DNA from: Haliotis cracherodii
Lineage: Eukaryota
Reading direction: 5' to 3'
Length of the DNA stretch: 64,000 nucleotides
NCBI RefSeq assembly: GCF_022045235.1
Contig: NW_027266269.1
Location: forward strand, 6,386,001 to 6,450,000
Shown here: positions 50,585 to 63,597 of the stretch, piece after piece
Numbering within the stretch: the first letter of the stretch is position 1
How the letters are laid out: every line of letters begins with the position of its first letter
The notes under the pieces: model-generated
Told to the model about the DNA's origin: nothing
Seen by the model: only the letters and a program-made list of their open reading frames with translations
The model's database searches: none
Translations under genes and position numbers: made by a program

Positions 50585-50842
50585 TTTGTTTGTTTATTTG
50601 TTGTTTAACGCCATACTCAGCAATATTCCAGTTATATGACGGCGGTCTGTAAATAATCGAGTCTGGACCAGGCAATCCAGTGATCGACATAATGAGCATC
50701 GATCCACGCATTAGGGATACGATGAAATGCATCAACCAAGTCAGCGAGCCTGACCACCCGATCCCCTTAGTCGCCTCTTACGACAAGCATATATAGTCGC
50801 CTTTTACGGCAAGCATGGGTTCTACCCCGGATCTTCACGGGC
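50585..50842 (-). mobile_element. SINE family A
   Basis: Full-length match on the minus strand. Confidence 0.88.
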
Positions 50843-51308
50843 CTAGGGGGTTCAAGGAAGACCAGACACAAGCTACGGTTGTGAGTCTGTATTACAGATA
50901 AACGACCAATTTATATCACATACCATTTCAATGACAAAAGAAGTAATCCTAATAATATTCCTTAGAAAACATACGCAACAAATGAAACTATACAGAAATA
51001 ATGACATTGTCGATTGAATCAACCATCCACGAACGATTACTCCTTGATAATACAAACACAAGGCAAATACTTCACACAAACGCATTCGTTGCGATGAACG
51101 TTAAACACATTGGATACTAAAAATAGAGAGCTATTTTTCCAACATAATTGCAATATATAATACACAATAATAAGTTTCGTACCCTGTAGGTGATACTGGG
51201 GTGCAGATGTATCACGTCCTCAGGGTGAATATGGTGCTGCTATAAAAAATAAACAAACCACATTCAGAATATCTAAATTTGAATGTGGTATTTAATATAT
51301 TACTAATG

Positions 51309-51571
51309 GTTGGTTTGTTTGTTTGTTGTTTAACGCCGCACTCATCAATATTCCAGCTATATGACGGCGGTCTGTAAATAATCAAGTCTGCACCAGACAA
51401 TCCAGTGATTAATATCAGTAGTATCGATCCACGCAATTGGGATCGATGACATGCATCAACCAAGTCAGCGAGGCTGACCACCCGTTAGTCGCCTTTTACG
51501 ACAAGCATAGTCACCTTTTACGGCAATCATGGGTTGCTGAAGATCATTCTACCCCGGAATCTTCACGGGTC
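51309..51571 (-). mobile_element. SINE family A, full length with 12-bp TSD
   Basis: TSD ATATTACTAATG at 51297-51308 and 51572-51583. Confidence 0.92.
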
Positions 51572-53042
51572 ATATTACTAATGAACTTCATGACGATGAT
51601 GTATATGACATGTTATGTCATGCCTCTATCATTCGTCCATTCATTCCTTCTTTCTTTCAACAATTATACACCGACAGACATGTTTATTCAGTAAAAGGCC
51701 AATGGCCCAAAATACAGACATGTGAGCATGACATTAATGATGAAGTGTATTAAATTTATGCTTAAACGCTTTGCACAAAACACAACTAGGCAAGTACACA
51801 ATCCAGCAAATATTATATATTTAATTGACGTCAACACCATTACTACTCATCACTTAACATATATACAACACTTAAACATTATACTGCCCTTTAGATTTGT
51901 TTATTCCTGAGACGTGCTCTGATTGTTGTGAAGTGCAATGGCTGACGTGCAAGTAGCTTTTAGTATTTTAAAACAAGCCCATCAACACAAACGGCCGCGC
52001 AAGACCAGGAACATAAGACAGGCAATGACACAACACAACCTGCCACCCCTTATACCCGTAGTAGACGTGACAAAGATGCAAAAATGAATATATTCAAACG
52101 TTTAAAGATGATACTACTAGAGGTAAAACAATAAACAATCACAACTCTTAAAGCAACCTGAAATGACCACAAGCTCTATAGTTGATTATTCAATATTTCC
52201 ATATTCATACGATTCTGACTATACCATTGGTATGCGTTTATGAATCACAAATAGTTATAATACCAAGGTGTATAGTATTGAAGTGACAATAAAACTTACA
52301 AATGGAATTAAATGAATATCCGATTTATTCCTGTACAGTAAAATTTTAATGTTTTTTAAGCTAAAGAAATAAAACAAATGATGACACCAGATAGTATCAA
52401 AACGATTTTTCAAGAAACAGACATTCAAACAATGAGCAAAGTTTTGCCAACTGTTCACGGTATAATAATGAATGTGCTGTATTCAAATCAAGCCAAACAT
52501 ATCTTATCTTTATTGATTCGCTTTCAAAAGGAAAATGGTGGGACGCAAATAGTTTTTCAGGTCACATAAACACTTTCGCACAACCCTAACAAGTCCTATA
52601 CAACCTGCTGTTGATTGACACATGTGAATACCTACATGACAGAACATGATCTGTGATAACACTATGAGTGAGTAAAAAACGTCACAAACCAGTATTTCAT
52701 TGAAAACCTGTGTGAACGTTTACGTCTTTGTATGAAACACTGTGTCGATATAATATAATAATATATGAAAAACTGTCCCTCTGAAGTCCAGCTTTGGAAA
52801 CACACTCGCACCTCAATGCTGTTTAAACGTATTCTGTGTAGCTTAACCGCGGTTGTAACGGAGCTTTCAAACATAATGTTGTTGTGGCTCTACTGCTGAC
52901 ACAAATTGTCCGTGAAGAAATAAAGTCACCACCTTCTTTGAAAGACAAGCACGGCCAAAGGAACTGAAACCGTCATGACTAATAGCTTCACCTTCATCTT
53001 GATAGCTTTTGTCCTCGGTAAGTTCTTGTGTTTTTAACAACA

Positions 53043-53260
53043 TTAATAGTGCTATGATGGCAGTGTGGGTATATAACACTATGAATAGTGTTATGGTATC
53101 GGTGTGTGGTATATAACCGCATGAATAGTGCTATGATATTGGTGCATGGTAGTATTAACCAGTATGAATAGTTCTATGATATCGGTGTATGGTATATAAC
53201 AGTATGAATAGTTCTATGGTATTGGTGTATGGTATATAACAGTATGAATAGTGCAATGAT
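53043..53260. repeat. 40-bp minisatellite, ~5.5 copies
   Basis: ATGAATAGT.CTATGATAT.GGTGTATGGTATATAACAGT at 53081, 53121, 53164, 53204 and 53244. Confidence 0.9.
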
Positions 53261-53858
53261 GTCTGATGTGAGGATCCTACACATTACTTCTGTTCATGTC
53301 GCATCTACTGCAATCTTCGGAACAATATGTACTACTATATACAGGGATATGACTTTGATTCAGTATTATATGGACATGCTACAAAATCTACTGATACTAA
53401 CCTTGCTATTGTACAAACTGTCCATTTGTTTATTGCAAAATCAAAAAGATTTAACATTTAAATATGTCTTCTTTACGATTACATCAATCAAATAGTTTTT
53501 TGTATGTGTGATATGCTGGTATGCTGGCACGTAGAGGTATAGGAGTACAAGCATATATGGGTATACTCACATGTACATGGATGCACCTGTTTGTTTATAT
53601 ATCGATATATGTATGTGTGTATTTGTGTGTGATTTCTATATTCGCATCATAATATTTGCAACAGCAGGTACAAATAATAGTACTGCGCATGTCAGCTGAG
53701 AGAGAAGACGCGTTGTCCACTAGTTCCTGCAAAAATCGACAAAAACTCTACAATCTTGTCAATAACCTGAAAGTTTTATAACCAAAAGCGATATTTAGTA
53801 ACTTTTTGCTGAGACGGTGACGGCCATTCTGACTCTAAAATCACAGATTTGATGAAAG

Positions 53859-54824
53859 ATGGTCGATGTATGCCTGGATAGAGAATTCGTTCAAACAGTA
53901 ATGGCGGCTCCCCATGTCATCCCGACAATCGAGGCCCATGAAGTAAGTGACCGTAAACGCCATAGATCACAAGAGTTAAACTGTAATGAAGAAAGTGTTC
54001 CTGTTCAAATGATTAAAGACTCAATTGAACATTCTGAACATCAAGAAATTAGTATCGACTCAACACAATGTGATAGCATGAAAAGTCCGTGCAGGCAAGA
54101 TGACGGCCAAGCAAGTGTAAACAAACAGTGTGATAATGCCAAGGGTGAAGTTATGCTGTTATTTAAATCATTGTCTAATGATAAGAGAGACATGTTTAAA
54201 GCAGTGAACGATATAATTACTCAACTTGACTCTAACCTAGAACGGAAGCTAACTCGGACTTTAGAAGATATCATTGACAGGAAATTGAAGGTCACAATTG
54301 AAAGCGAAGTCAGTAAAGTGTGCAGGGAATTTAAAGATGAGATAGAAAAGCTAACCGTTCACCTAAGTGACTTAGAAGATTCTTTCAAGGAGAGTGATGT
54401 TGTGCCTAAAAATGAGTGTAAATTTGTGATTAAAAATTTGCCAGAAGATCGGAGGGAGAAAGATAACAGCTCTCTCACCAGAAGCAAGGTTGTGAGTCTT
54501 ATCAAAGACGGACTTGCCCTCCGCGATGTTACCGTCACGTCCGTCGTACGGAGAGAGAGCAGAAATAAGAAGTACCCGGGTGTGATTGTTGCTACCGTTG
54601 GGGACCAGGAACAGCTGTCGCAAGTCATGAAGTCAAAGGCGAAGTTAAAGGACCACAGAACATTCGTTAAAACCTACATCGAAAGGGACCTCCCAATTGA
54701 ACCGAGGAAAGCTGAAGCAAATATGAGGACTTTGTTAAAAGAAATGGCCAAAGATAAACAATATTTCGTGAGGAATGGCCGTGTGATCAAAATTGATAAA
54801 GATAGTCAAAATAAACTTAATTAG
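53859..54824 (+). CDS. LINE ORF1 (coiled-coil plus RRM-like) protein
   Basis: Open 321-aa ORF directly upstream of the APE domain; heptad-rich middle, then FVIKNLPE..GVIVAT..TYIERDLP typical of LINE ORF1. Confidence 0.75.
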   Translation: MVDVCLDREFVQTVMAAPHVIPTIEAHEVSDRKRHRSQELNCNEESVPVQMIKDSIEHSEHQEISIDSTQCDSMKSPCRQDDGQASVNKQCDNAKGEVMLLFKSLSNDKRDMFKAVNDIITQLDSNLERKLTRTLEDIIDRKLKVTIESEVSKVCREFKDEIEKLTVHLSDLEDSFKESDVVPKNECKFVIKNLPEDRREKDNSSLTRSKVVSLIKDGLALRDVTVTSVVRRESRNKKYPGVIVATVGDQEQLSQVMKSKAKLKDHRTFVKTYIERDLPIEPRKAEANMRTLLKEMAKDKQYFVRNGRVIKIDKDSQNKLN

Positions 54825-55361
54825 GGATGTGCCCAACTCGGCTTTTGGAATGTAGGGGGGTGGTCTTGTAAGGACTCTGAAAATGCTGTTTTTAGATCAA
54901 ATGTTTTAAATGCTTTTAACCTTGATATATTCTCTGTGCGTGAAACGTTTTTAACTGATGATAATGTTTTGATTTTGCCTAATTATACATGGTTAGATAA
55001 AAATCGCTCTAGTCGCCAAATATCAGCCAAAAGAGGGTCAGGTAGTGTGGGTATGTTTGTGAAACACGACTTCCTAAAATTGTGTGATGCAACGGTACTT
55101 GATGATTCACACAATGATGTTCTGTGGATTAAATTCAGCTCTAAAATAACGGACTGCAAGTTCTGTGTATGTGTTTGTTATTTGCCGCCTGCTGGGTCAA
55201 CGCGACCTAGTGACGCAGAGGAGGTCTTTCGCGTGCTGCACGAGCAAACGTGTTCATATCAGAATATAGGCCGACTGTACATGTGTTGTGATTTAAATGC
55301 GCGGTGCGGGCAACACCCTGATTTTATTGCCCAAGTTGATCATATCCCGCCTCGCAATGTA

Positions 55362-56877
55362 AACTGACGTCCAAAAGAAACTTTACCAACTGAAAATATA
55401 AATTTCAGACAAAAAATTAAAAAAACTTCGATGAAGTCTATCTAAAACACATAACCTAAATACAACAATAGTGTATGCAGAAAATGTTAATCATCCGTTA
55501 CATGTTTGCGAGATAACACGCGAAAAAGTGAAAAACACGTGCACCACGGACAACTGCAAATGCACGTGCGGGTAAGGGTATAAAACGATTGCAACCGCAA
55601 GTCAGACATCAACAGTGATAAAAAAACAAAACAAATGCCACGACTCACAGTCGAACAACGTGAACGAGCCTTGGGTATGGTACAGATGGGAGCCACCCAC
55701 GCCCATATTGCACGAACCTTCGGTTGCCGTTACAAACTTGATGTAACGTTACAGACAGACAGGGCGGACCGCTGACAGGCCAAGAACAGGCAGACCCAGG
55801 GTGACCACGCCCCATGATGACCGGTACTTGCGTAGCTTGCACCTCCGAAATCGCTTCCTGACAGTGACGTCATCGGCGACAAATGCCTTATGTCACAGGG
55901 TTAGTCGACAGACAGTGGCCAGGAGACTCAGGGCTCATAGAATCAGGGCTTTTAGACCATACAGAGGACAGCTATTGACAGCGCAACATCGTCGTCTGCG
56001 ATTGAGAAGGGCCCGGGCTGTACGACGTTGACAACGACGTGACTGGCGCAGGGTTGTCTTCACTGACGAAAGTCGATTCTGTATGTTTAGGGCTGATGGA
56101 AGACAACGTGTTTACCGCCGAAGGGGTGAACGAATAGCGACGTGTTGCGTGCAGAGGTCGTACCATATGGTGGAGGGAGTGTCATGGTGTGTGGGGAGGG
56201 ATCTGTGGGCAGGAGAGGACACCGCTGGTCACCGTTGACTTGACAGCTCAGCGTTACATGGATAACATTCTTCGTCCAGTTGTCCTACCATTTCTCTAAC
56301 AGCAGCCACGTGGTGTCATTTATCAGCATGACAACGCTAGAGCCCAGACAGCCAGCATTGTCACTAACATCCTTGCAGCCAACAACGTCAACCTCCTGCC
56401 GTGGCCTGCATGTTCACCCCACATGTCCCCCATAGAACACCTCTGGGACTTGATGGATCGTCGTTTTCGACAACGACCAAACTCTCCATCCAGCCAACCG
56501 GCAAGAACTGATCTTGGCCCTCAAAGAAGAATGGCGTCAAATCCCACGTGACCTCATCAGACGACTGATGAGTTTTTTGAAGAGTTTTTTGAAGAGTTTT
56601 TGCGTGTATTGAGGCATTTGGTGGTCACACACGCTACTAATGACTTGTTTTTGAACGTGAGCGTATTCTCCATGATTCTGAAAGCTCGAGTTTTGTACCA
56701 CACCCAACTTTGGGGGGCTCTGACGTCATTCTCGGTCGCAGTATGATTGTCTTTTTCAGTGTTGATTATGTTGATATATTGATCTTCTCAATGCACTTTA
56801 CTTCATGCATGTATGTTTTGTTGGTTTTGAGCAAGAGTGATTTCAAACTCTGGTAAAGTTTCTTTTGGACGTCAGTT
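55362..56877 (+). mobile_element. Tc1 (DD34E-type) transposon, full length, transposase pseudogene
   Basis: Perfect 27-bp TIRs AACTGACGTCCAAAAGAAACTTTACCA; TA TSDs at 55360-61 and 56878-79. Peptides MPRLTVEQRERALGM, VFTDESRF, QHDNAR, WPACSPHMSPIEHLWD and GGHTRY* are broken by stops and frameshifts. Confidence 0.95.
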
Positions 56878-59800
56878 TAATTGACGAAACTGAGAACGGA
56901 CATGGAGATTTATTCACGGAATTCCTAACAAGCAGCAGTATGTGCATGTTGAACGGAGGGCTCGGGTACAATGACTTCACACACGTTTCATACAGAAGCA
57001 GGTCTGATGTTGACTATGTTGCTGTACCATATGAACAGTTACCATTCTGCTCAGATGTCTCTGTTACTCTACTGTCAACTGTCATGTCGGACATGGATGT
57101 ACCTCCGTCTGACTAAGTTCCAGATCACAGTGTTCTCACCTGGACGATTCGCATAGAGACGACCCCGGAACCTCTAGAACTAACTGAACAACTTAAGAAG
57201 ACTCAAAAGCGGAACGACACTAGAAACATCCCAGAGAACTTTTTAAATGACAACAACGCAGACACTAAAATCCACGAATCTATTTGTGCAATGAACGACA
57301 ACGACATTGATGCAGCGAATAATATACTTACCTCCCTTGTTCACGATGAAATGGACAGTAAGCTCAAACATAAAGTAATACAGCTTGGGCCCTGTGGACA
57401 GAAACGGAAAGGAAAAAGAGATAAAGCATTCTGGAATGACAATCTTCAGAATTTATTTCAACAGGAAAGACTTTGGCTTAAATGTAAAGGCAGTAAGCAG
57501 GAGAGAGTAAAACTTTAAGAAGAATTCTGCATTCACCGCAGACATTTTGACAAGAACCTAAAGAAAGCTAAACGCAACTATCATCAGAAGAGAAATGATA
57601 ACCCAAATCAGTTGTTAGAAGACAGTGATAGAGATTTCTGAAGGGAACTGGGTAAAATAGGAAGTGGTAATGAAAGAAAAACGTTTATACCGATGGAAGT
57701 CGTACAACAGGGTGGTTCAGTAGCCAGAGATGTGGAGACTGTGGTAAACACTTGGGAGAGCGAATATAAGCAGTTATACAACCCGACTCAGGAAGAACCT
57801 TTTACAAATAGTGTACCCAGCAGATTCTCAACACCCGAAGTTCACCTGTACCTGTACTGAACTCTCCGATAACACGTGAAGAAGTAGTTAACGCCGTTAA
57901 CCGTGCTAAAGTTGGAAAAGCAATGGGATTAGATAATATACCTGCCTCAGTATTGAAGAACAAAGTATGCATAGAACTTATATTCAGAATCATTACCTAC
58001 TGTTTTGATAACGGAGAAGTGCCTGGTATATGTAATAAAGGAAAAATAAAACCTATACCAAAACCATCAAAGGACACCGACCCACGTGACCCTTTGAGCT
58101 ACAGACCTCTCACACTATTGTCTATACCATCTAAGATATATGCCGACGTCATAAACTAAGGACTGTGTAAGTACCTAGAAAACCGTGATATGTTAGTTGA
58201 TGAACAAAATGGGTTTAGAAAAGGACGCTCCTGTGTGTATCATGTGTATAATGTTTTACTATTGTAAACAACAATAAAAAATAAGAAAAAAGAAACATTT
58301 ACATGTTTTATTGACTTCCAAAAGGCGTTTGATACCGTTAATAGAGATTTGTTGTGGTTTAAGTTCATTGACTATGGTATATTAGGAAATATATTGCAAG
58401 CCATACGCTCCCTTCATAATGACGTCACATGTACAGTTCAAGTTCATCAGTGTGAATCAAATGCCTTTCCTGTGAAGAGTGGAGTAAAACAGGGATGTGT
58501 ATTATCACCAACACGTTTTGCTATTTACATTAATGACCATGCTAATGAACTTAAAGAAAGTAACTGTGGAATAAAGATAGATGATTCAAATGTAGCTTAC
58601 TGCTTTATGCCGACGATATCGTCCTCTTAAGTCCTGACGCTAAGAGCCTACAAAATCTCATAGATATCCTCCAAGGAAGGAAGCAGAAGTGGAAACTGCG
58701 GGTAAATATTAAGAAGACAAACGTTTTACACTTCAGACCTCGGAATACGGAATACGCACAACGGAAGTTTTCATTGTGGTGACAATGACCTAGATTACGC
58801 CGACAGTTACCGTTATCTGGGACTCTGGTTGCACGTGCATTGTGATATGTGGCATGCTGTTAGAGAACTCGTGAAGTCTGTGTCACGTGCCCTTGGATAT
58901 TTAAGCCACAAGTACTTCTCGTGTGGAGATATGCACTATGACGTATTTACTAAGATGTACGACAACATTGTTCAACCAGTCTTGATGTATTGTTCTGGAT
59001 TATCGGGGATATGTAAATATCTTTCATTCAAGTCCAACGATAATAACACCTGGCTTCAATCCTTGGAAACTTAACCGAAAATGAGAATATACAGAACATT
59101 TAAAACAGCTATTTATACTGAGCCTTATGTCCTCCTTCCCCGTTATAAAAGGTTGGTTTAATCATCTTTAAGATGCGGTTCAATGAAGCTCGAGATTGAA
59201 TTGGGACGTTATTCTAATCCTCCTGTGCCAGTTAACCAACGTTTTTGTAAAAATTGCCCTGGATGTGTAGAAGATGAAACTCACTTTCTTCTCATCTGCT
59301 CACTTTAGGATGATATTCGTGTTACCCACCTTCCACAAGTATTTAACTCCACAAATGGCAACTTACATAATAATATTTAACTTGTATATATTCTAAATGA
59401 TTATAGTATTATAGTATTATTCAACACATGATAGTATGTGCTACAAAATGGCTGTTCGAAGAAAATCGCACTTCCCATAACACCATATATATTTATACTG
59501 CTTTTTATATGTTTAAACTCAATTTGTTTTACTATGTATTATGTATGGGTGGCAGAGATACTTTATAGTGTACTTTTATAATAATGTATATGCTTATAAC
59601 CTGTATCTCCGATGAGACAAAAATAAACAATTTGTCATTGTCATTGTCATTAATCTAAATTTATTTTTTTATGTAGAGTTTACTCTTATTAATTGTTAAA
59701 AGTCCCTTGTAGTTAGAGTAGGGAGGTTTAACCTGTTCACCAATCCCATTCCTTTTTTGGAAAATAATATTGTTTAAATCCTATCCATACACAATTTCTG

Positions 59801-59977
59801 CATGGATTGGGATTGATTTGTGTAAATTGATTATTAAAAGGTTTTATAGGTGTTCAGACAACTAGGCCCATTTACACCTTGCCTATAATAAAGGTTTGCT
59901 AAGTAACGAGATAGTTCATAGAGTAGTAAAACTGCAAGACGCTTTAAAATCACCACACACTACTTTAAAAATGGAGA

Positions 59978-60128
59978 CTGATCATGAGCATCGATCCACG
60001 CAAATGCATCAACCAAGTCAGCGAGCCTGACCACCCGATCCCGTTTGACGCCTTTTACGACAAGCATAGTCGTCTTTTACGACAAGCATGGGTTGCTGAA
60101 GACCTATTCTCTCCCGGATCTTCACGGG
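59978..60128 (-). mobile_element. SINE family A, 5' part
   Basis: Family A match on the minus strand. Confidence 0.8.
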
Positions 60129-60164
60129 CAGTAGAGCCATGTTTTTCCTCTTAGCACCCAGCAC

Positions 60165-60808
60165 CATTTTCAAGACCGTTGAACCGTTTACGCGCTGAAG
60201 GTATTCGTGCTAGACGACCAGTTCGAGAATGTCAGTTTGACAGACCTGCATCGTCGGCTGCGACGCCAAAAGCGTCAAGGTCACAAACTGTGGGAATAAC
60301 TGCCAAGGAGACAAGTTTAGTTTTTTGATGAGTCCAATTTTGTTTCTACACTGGTAGAACAGACCTGGTGAAGGTTCAAGGGAATTTCAAGGCACAATAA
60401 TACACGCATGAGATTCTTCGGCCTCACGTCCGTCCCATTATGCAACACGCGAACGTCATTTTCGAAAAAGACAACATCCAGGTCCAGCCATGCCAGCAAC
60501 AACCACAGAACCTCCCGACAGTTGCCACAAGCATTGAAGGAAGAGTAAGTGAACATTGCCCAGGCCAGTCCATGGGACAACAATGCCAGTTAGTGTTGGA
60601 CTCTAATGGTGGCCATACAAGATATTGAGCACAGATGAACTTAACCTTGGAAATCTACTGTTCCATGTGTGTCAACTGGAACCGGGGTCAATGAGAATGA
60701 TGTGTGCAAATTTTGAACAATCGATTACCATGTGTTGAATATTTATGATATATAAAATATACAATATAAAATCAGTTTTGAAATCATTTCTCCGTTTTGC
60801 AGAGTATA
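60165..60808 (+). mobile_element. Tc1-family relic (3' part)
   Basis: FFDESNF, EILRPHV, GGHTRY*; closely similar to 15800-16140. Confidence 0.75.
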
Positions 60809-61057
60809 TTATACTGTCCATTGTCGACAGGTGTTTCGGTACTGTTATTGTGCATCTTGTGATTGACAAGACATGACAGAAGAACTGCCGATGTGGCTCA
60901 ATTTTTTTATCAACTATCTTTGTTTGATGATTGAATATTCTAGCATATGCCAGATGTGAGAGAAACATGTATGATTCTGGGTTTATGAAGTGTATTTGTT
61001 TCTGTCATAATGGGTATATGTCCCAGATTTGATGAGGTAGTTTTACTGATTGTGTTT

Positions 61058-61282
61058 GTTGTCTTATCAAAACAACGTCATTTCAAGTTCACCTATCTTA
61101 CATTAGAGTAGACGATTTCATGCATTGTGCGCGGTTCATTGGTATGTAGGTTTAGGGGGCTATGTGCATAAGGAAGGTGCTGCGGTGAGTTTATTTTCAC
61201 TTTGCCAGCAGGTCGAGGGGAATCATAACCAAAGGTTGCGTAATTTGAACGCTATAGTCAGTTCCACACTTGATTTTAACTC
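61058..61282. repeat. ~225-bp local direct duplication (second copy at 63043-63288)
   Basis: Near-identical GTCATTTCAAGTT.ACCT.TCTTACATTAGAGTAGAC...GTTCCACACTTGA.TTTTAACTC. Confidence 0.9.
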
Positions 61283-61347
61283 CGGGTGAGGCCATTCAGC
61301 ATGGCGGGACTAACTGGCTCTGGGACAAGCCCAGTTTATTACCAGTA

Positions 61348-61627
61348 GTGAGTGAGCGAGTTGGGTCTAACGCCGCTTTTAACAGTATTCAAGTTATATC
61401 GCGGCGTGTCAGCTTAATGTGGGAGGAAAGCCCGAAGTGATGCAGGTCTCAGAGGTTTACCGCTTCGGTGAAACCCACGAGCAAGGGTATGGTGCTGACA
61501 AACCTTGAAACATAATCGGGGCGAACCGGGATTCGAACCCACAATCATAGATTTCTGACGTGCCCAAGGGACGCAACTCTGCACAGCGAATCGCGGCGCC
61601 TTATACGACTGGGCCACCCGTGCCCCC
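61348..61627 (-). mobile_element. SINE family B, full length
   Basis: Reverse complement has A-box TGGCCCAGTCG, B-box GGTTCGAATCCC and tail GCGGCGTTAGAC+(ACTC)n; TSD TTATTAC(C/A)AGTA. Confidence 0.9.
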
Positions 61628-62060
61628 TTATTACAAGTAAGTGATCTATGTTCACCTGAACTGTTTTTATTCGACGTTTATCATAAGTTGTGAATATATA
61701 ATTACCAAATAAGAAATAATGTGAGCAAGTCATGGCAATTCTATAAATACTCTTCGGGCCATTGCAAGATGGACGATGCATATGTCTACTTAACTTTGGA
61801 TAGTTATTCATTCTGTGAAATATGTTCATTGAACTGGAACTGAAACCGAAATATGCAATAGCATATTGAAAATAATAATCCTCTTTGTGAAGTGAAAAGA
61901 AAATATATTTCGATGTTTATACATTATTGTCTGTGGCAAATTATTCATTCTGTCAAATATACTGTGCACCTGAAACAGAAAATAACGTAATAGTTTAATA
62001 GAAGTGAATAATGTATTGCGTCCAGTAGGGTAACCCTGTGTACAAGTTACATTATGTCTA

Positions 62061-62458
62061 GGACCCGTGAAGATTCCGGGGTAGAATAGGTTTGGTTTGG
62101 TTGGTTTGTTGTTTAACGCCGCACTCAGCAATATTCCAGCTACATAACGGCGGTCTGTAAATAATCGAGTCTGGACCAGACAATCCAGTGATTAATATCA
62201 TAAGCATCGATCCACGCAATTGGGATTGATGACATGCATCAACCAAGTCAGCGAGCCTGACCACCCGATCCCGTTAGTCGCCTTTTACGACAAGCATAGT
62301 CACCTTTTACGGCAAGCATGGGTTGCTGAAGACCTAGTCTTCCCCGGAATCTTCGAGGGTGTGGGTCGAATAGGTCTTCAGCAACCCATACTTGCCGTAA
62401 AAGGCGACTATTGCTGAGTGCGGCGTTAAACAACAAACCAACCAACCAATCAACCAAC
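62061..62458. mobile_element. Nested family A SINEs (inverted copy inserted into another copy)
   Basis: A + strand head (62061-62090) is interrupted by a minus-strand copy (62091-62355) and resumes at 62368; GAATAGG is duplicated on both sides. Confidence 0.8.
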
Positions 62459-62581
62459 ATTTTGTCTAGACCAGTTGCATTCACTTTACCATCAGAGCCT
62501 GGAACTAGGTATGGTTTTAATCCACATCATGTTCATGGATTCTGGATTAGCTCGGTCTGCTGGTTTTTATATACTGTTATC

Positions 62582-62830
62582 CGAGAAGATACAGGTTAGA
62601 ATGGGTCTTCAGCAACCCACGCTTGTCATAAAAGGCGACTATGCGTGTCGTAAGCGGCGACTAAAGTGATCGGATAGTCAGACTCGCTGTCTTGGTTGAT
62701 GCGTGTCATCGTATCCCAGTTGCGTAGATCGATGCTCATGGTGGCAATAACTGGATGGCCTGTCCTGACTCGATTATTTACAGCCATAGCTGGAAAATTG
62801 CTGATGGCGCTGATAAACAACACACAAACA
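62582..62830 (+). mobile_element. SINE family A (diverged)
   Basis: GGTTAGAATGGGTCTTCAGCAACCCACGCTTGTC... Confidence 0.8.
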
Positions 62831-62866
62831 TGTACTCTGTCCAATACTTTGTCTTGTCTTGTCTTG

Positions 62867-63020
62867 CGGGGCGGTGGGGTAGCCTCGTGGTTGTAACGTT
62901 CTCTCGTCAAGCCAATGACCTGAGTTGAATTACAATGTTCAATGGATGTCACCTATTCTCGTGTCTCCCGCCGTGATATTGCTGGAATATTGGTCACTCG
63001 CTCACTCACTCACTCACTCA
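62867..63020 (+). mobile_element. SINE family D
   Basis: GGGGCGGTGGGGTAGCCTCGTGGTT head and (ACTC)n tail; related to 35694-35853. Confidence 0.7.
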
Positions 63021-63597
63021 CATATATGATATGTAACCCTTCGTTGTCTTATCAAATCATTGTCATGCAGCAGTGATTTGTGTCATTTCAAGTTGACCTC
63101 TCTTACATTAGAGTAGACAATTTCATGCATTGTCCGCGGTGCATTGGTATGTAGGTTTAGGGGGCTATGTACATAAGGAAGGTGCTGCGGTGAGTTTATT
63201 TTCACTTTGCCAGCAGGTCAAGGGGAATCATAACCAAAGGTTGCGTAATTTGAACGCTATAGTCAGTTCCACACTTGAGTTTTAACTCACTCACATATAT
63301 GATATCCCTTCTTAGCATGTGTGTATATGTCGGTAAGGGTTGGAAAGGGTTTGTCACTTTTATTCTTGAGTAACACTATTTTAAGAAGGTACATGTTCCC
63401 GATATCAGTACTGTTATTGCGTTCTTCCCATACATACATGGCAATCAATAAACTAGAAAATAAAGACAAAAAGAAAACTTTTATGGGCCAAAAACCAATC
63501 ACATTTACATTCATCTTTTGTGGGGGGTGAACATTTAATGTTTGTTTGAGACATAAAAAAAAATTTCAGTCTGCTTTAACCAATCTCATTAAAAATC

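Larger units (their letters stand above)
53690..59650 (+). mobile_element. Near-full-length L2/CR1-group LINE (ORF1 open, ORF2 APE-RT disrupted), interrupted by a Tc1 element
   Basis: APE motifs (GFWNVGG, VRETFL, VCVCYLPP, CDLNAR, VDYV, PDHSVL); RT motifs (SYRPLTLL, EQNGFRKGRS, FIDFQKAFDTV, GVKQGCVLSP, YADD); ends AATAAA..(TGTCAT)3. Confidence 0.9.

Noticed and set aside
61270-61345. Twister-ribozyme-like words (TTTAACTCCG...CTGGGACAAGCCCAG)
   Set aside because: The loop is too short for the twister P4/T1 consensus and no closing P1/P2 partner strands are found.
49792-62952. Recurrent short ORFs such as MGSMTCINQV..., MVSLADLVDACH... and MAQSYKAPRF...
   Set aside because: They are translations of SINE families A and B.
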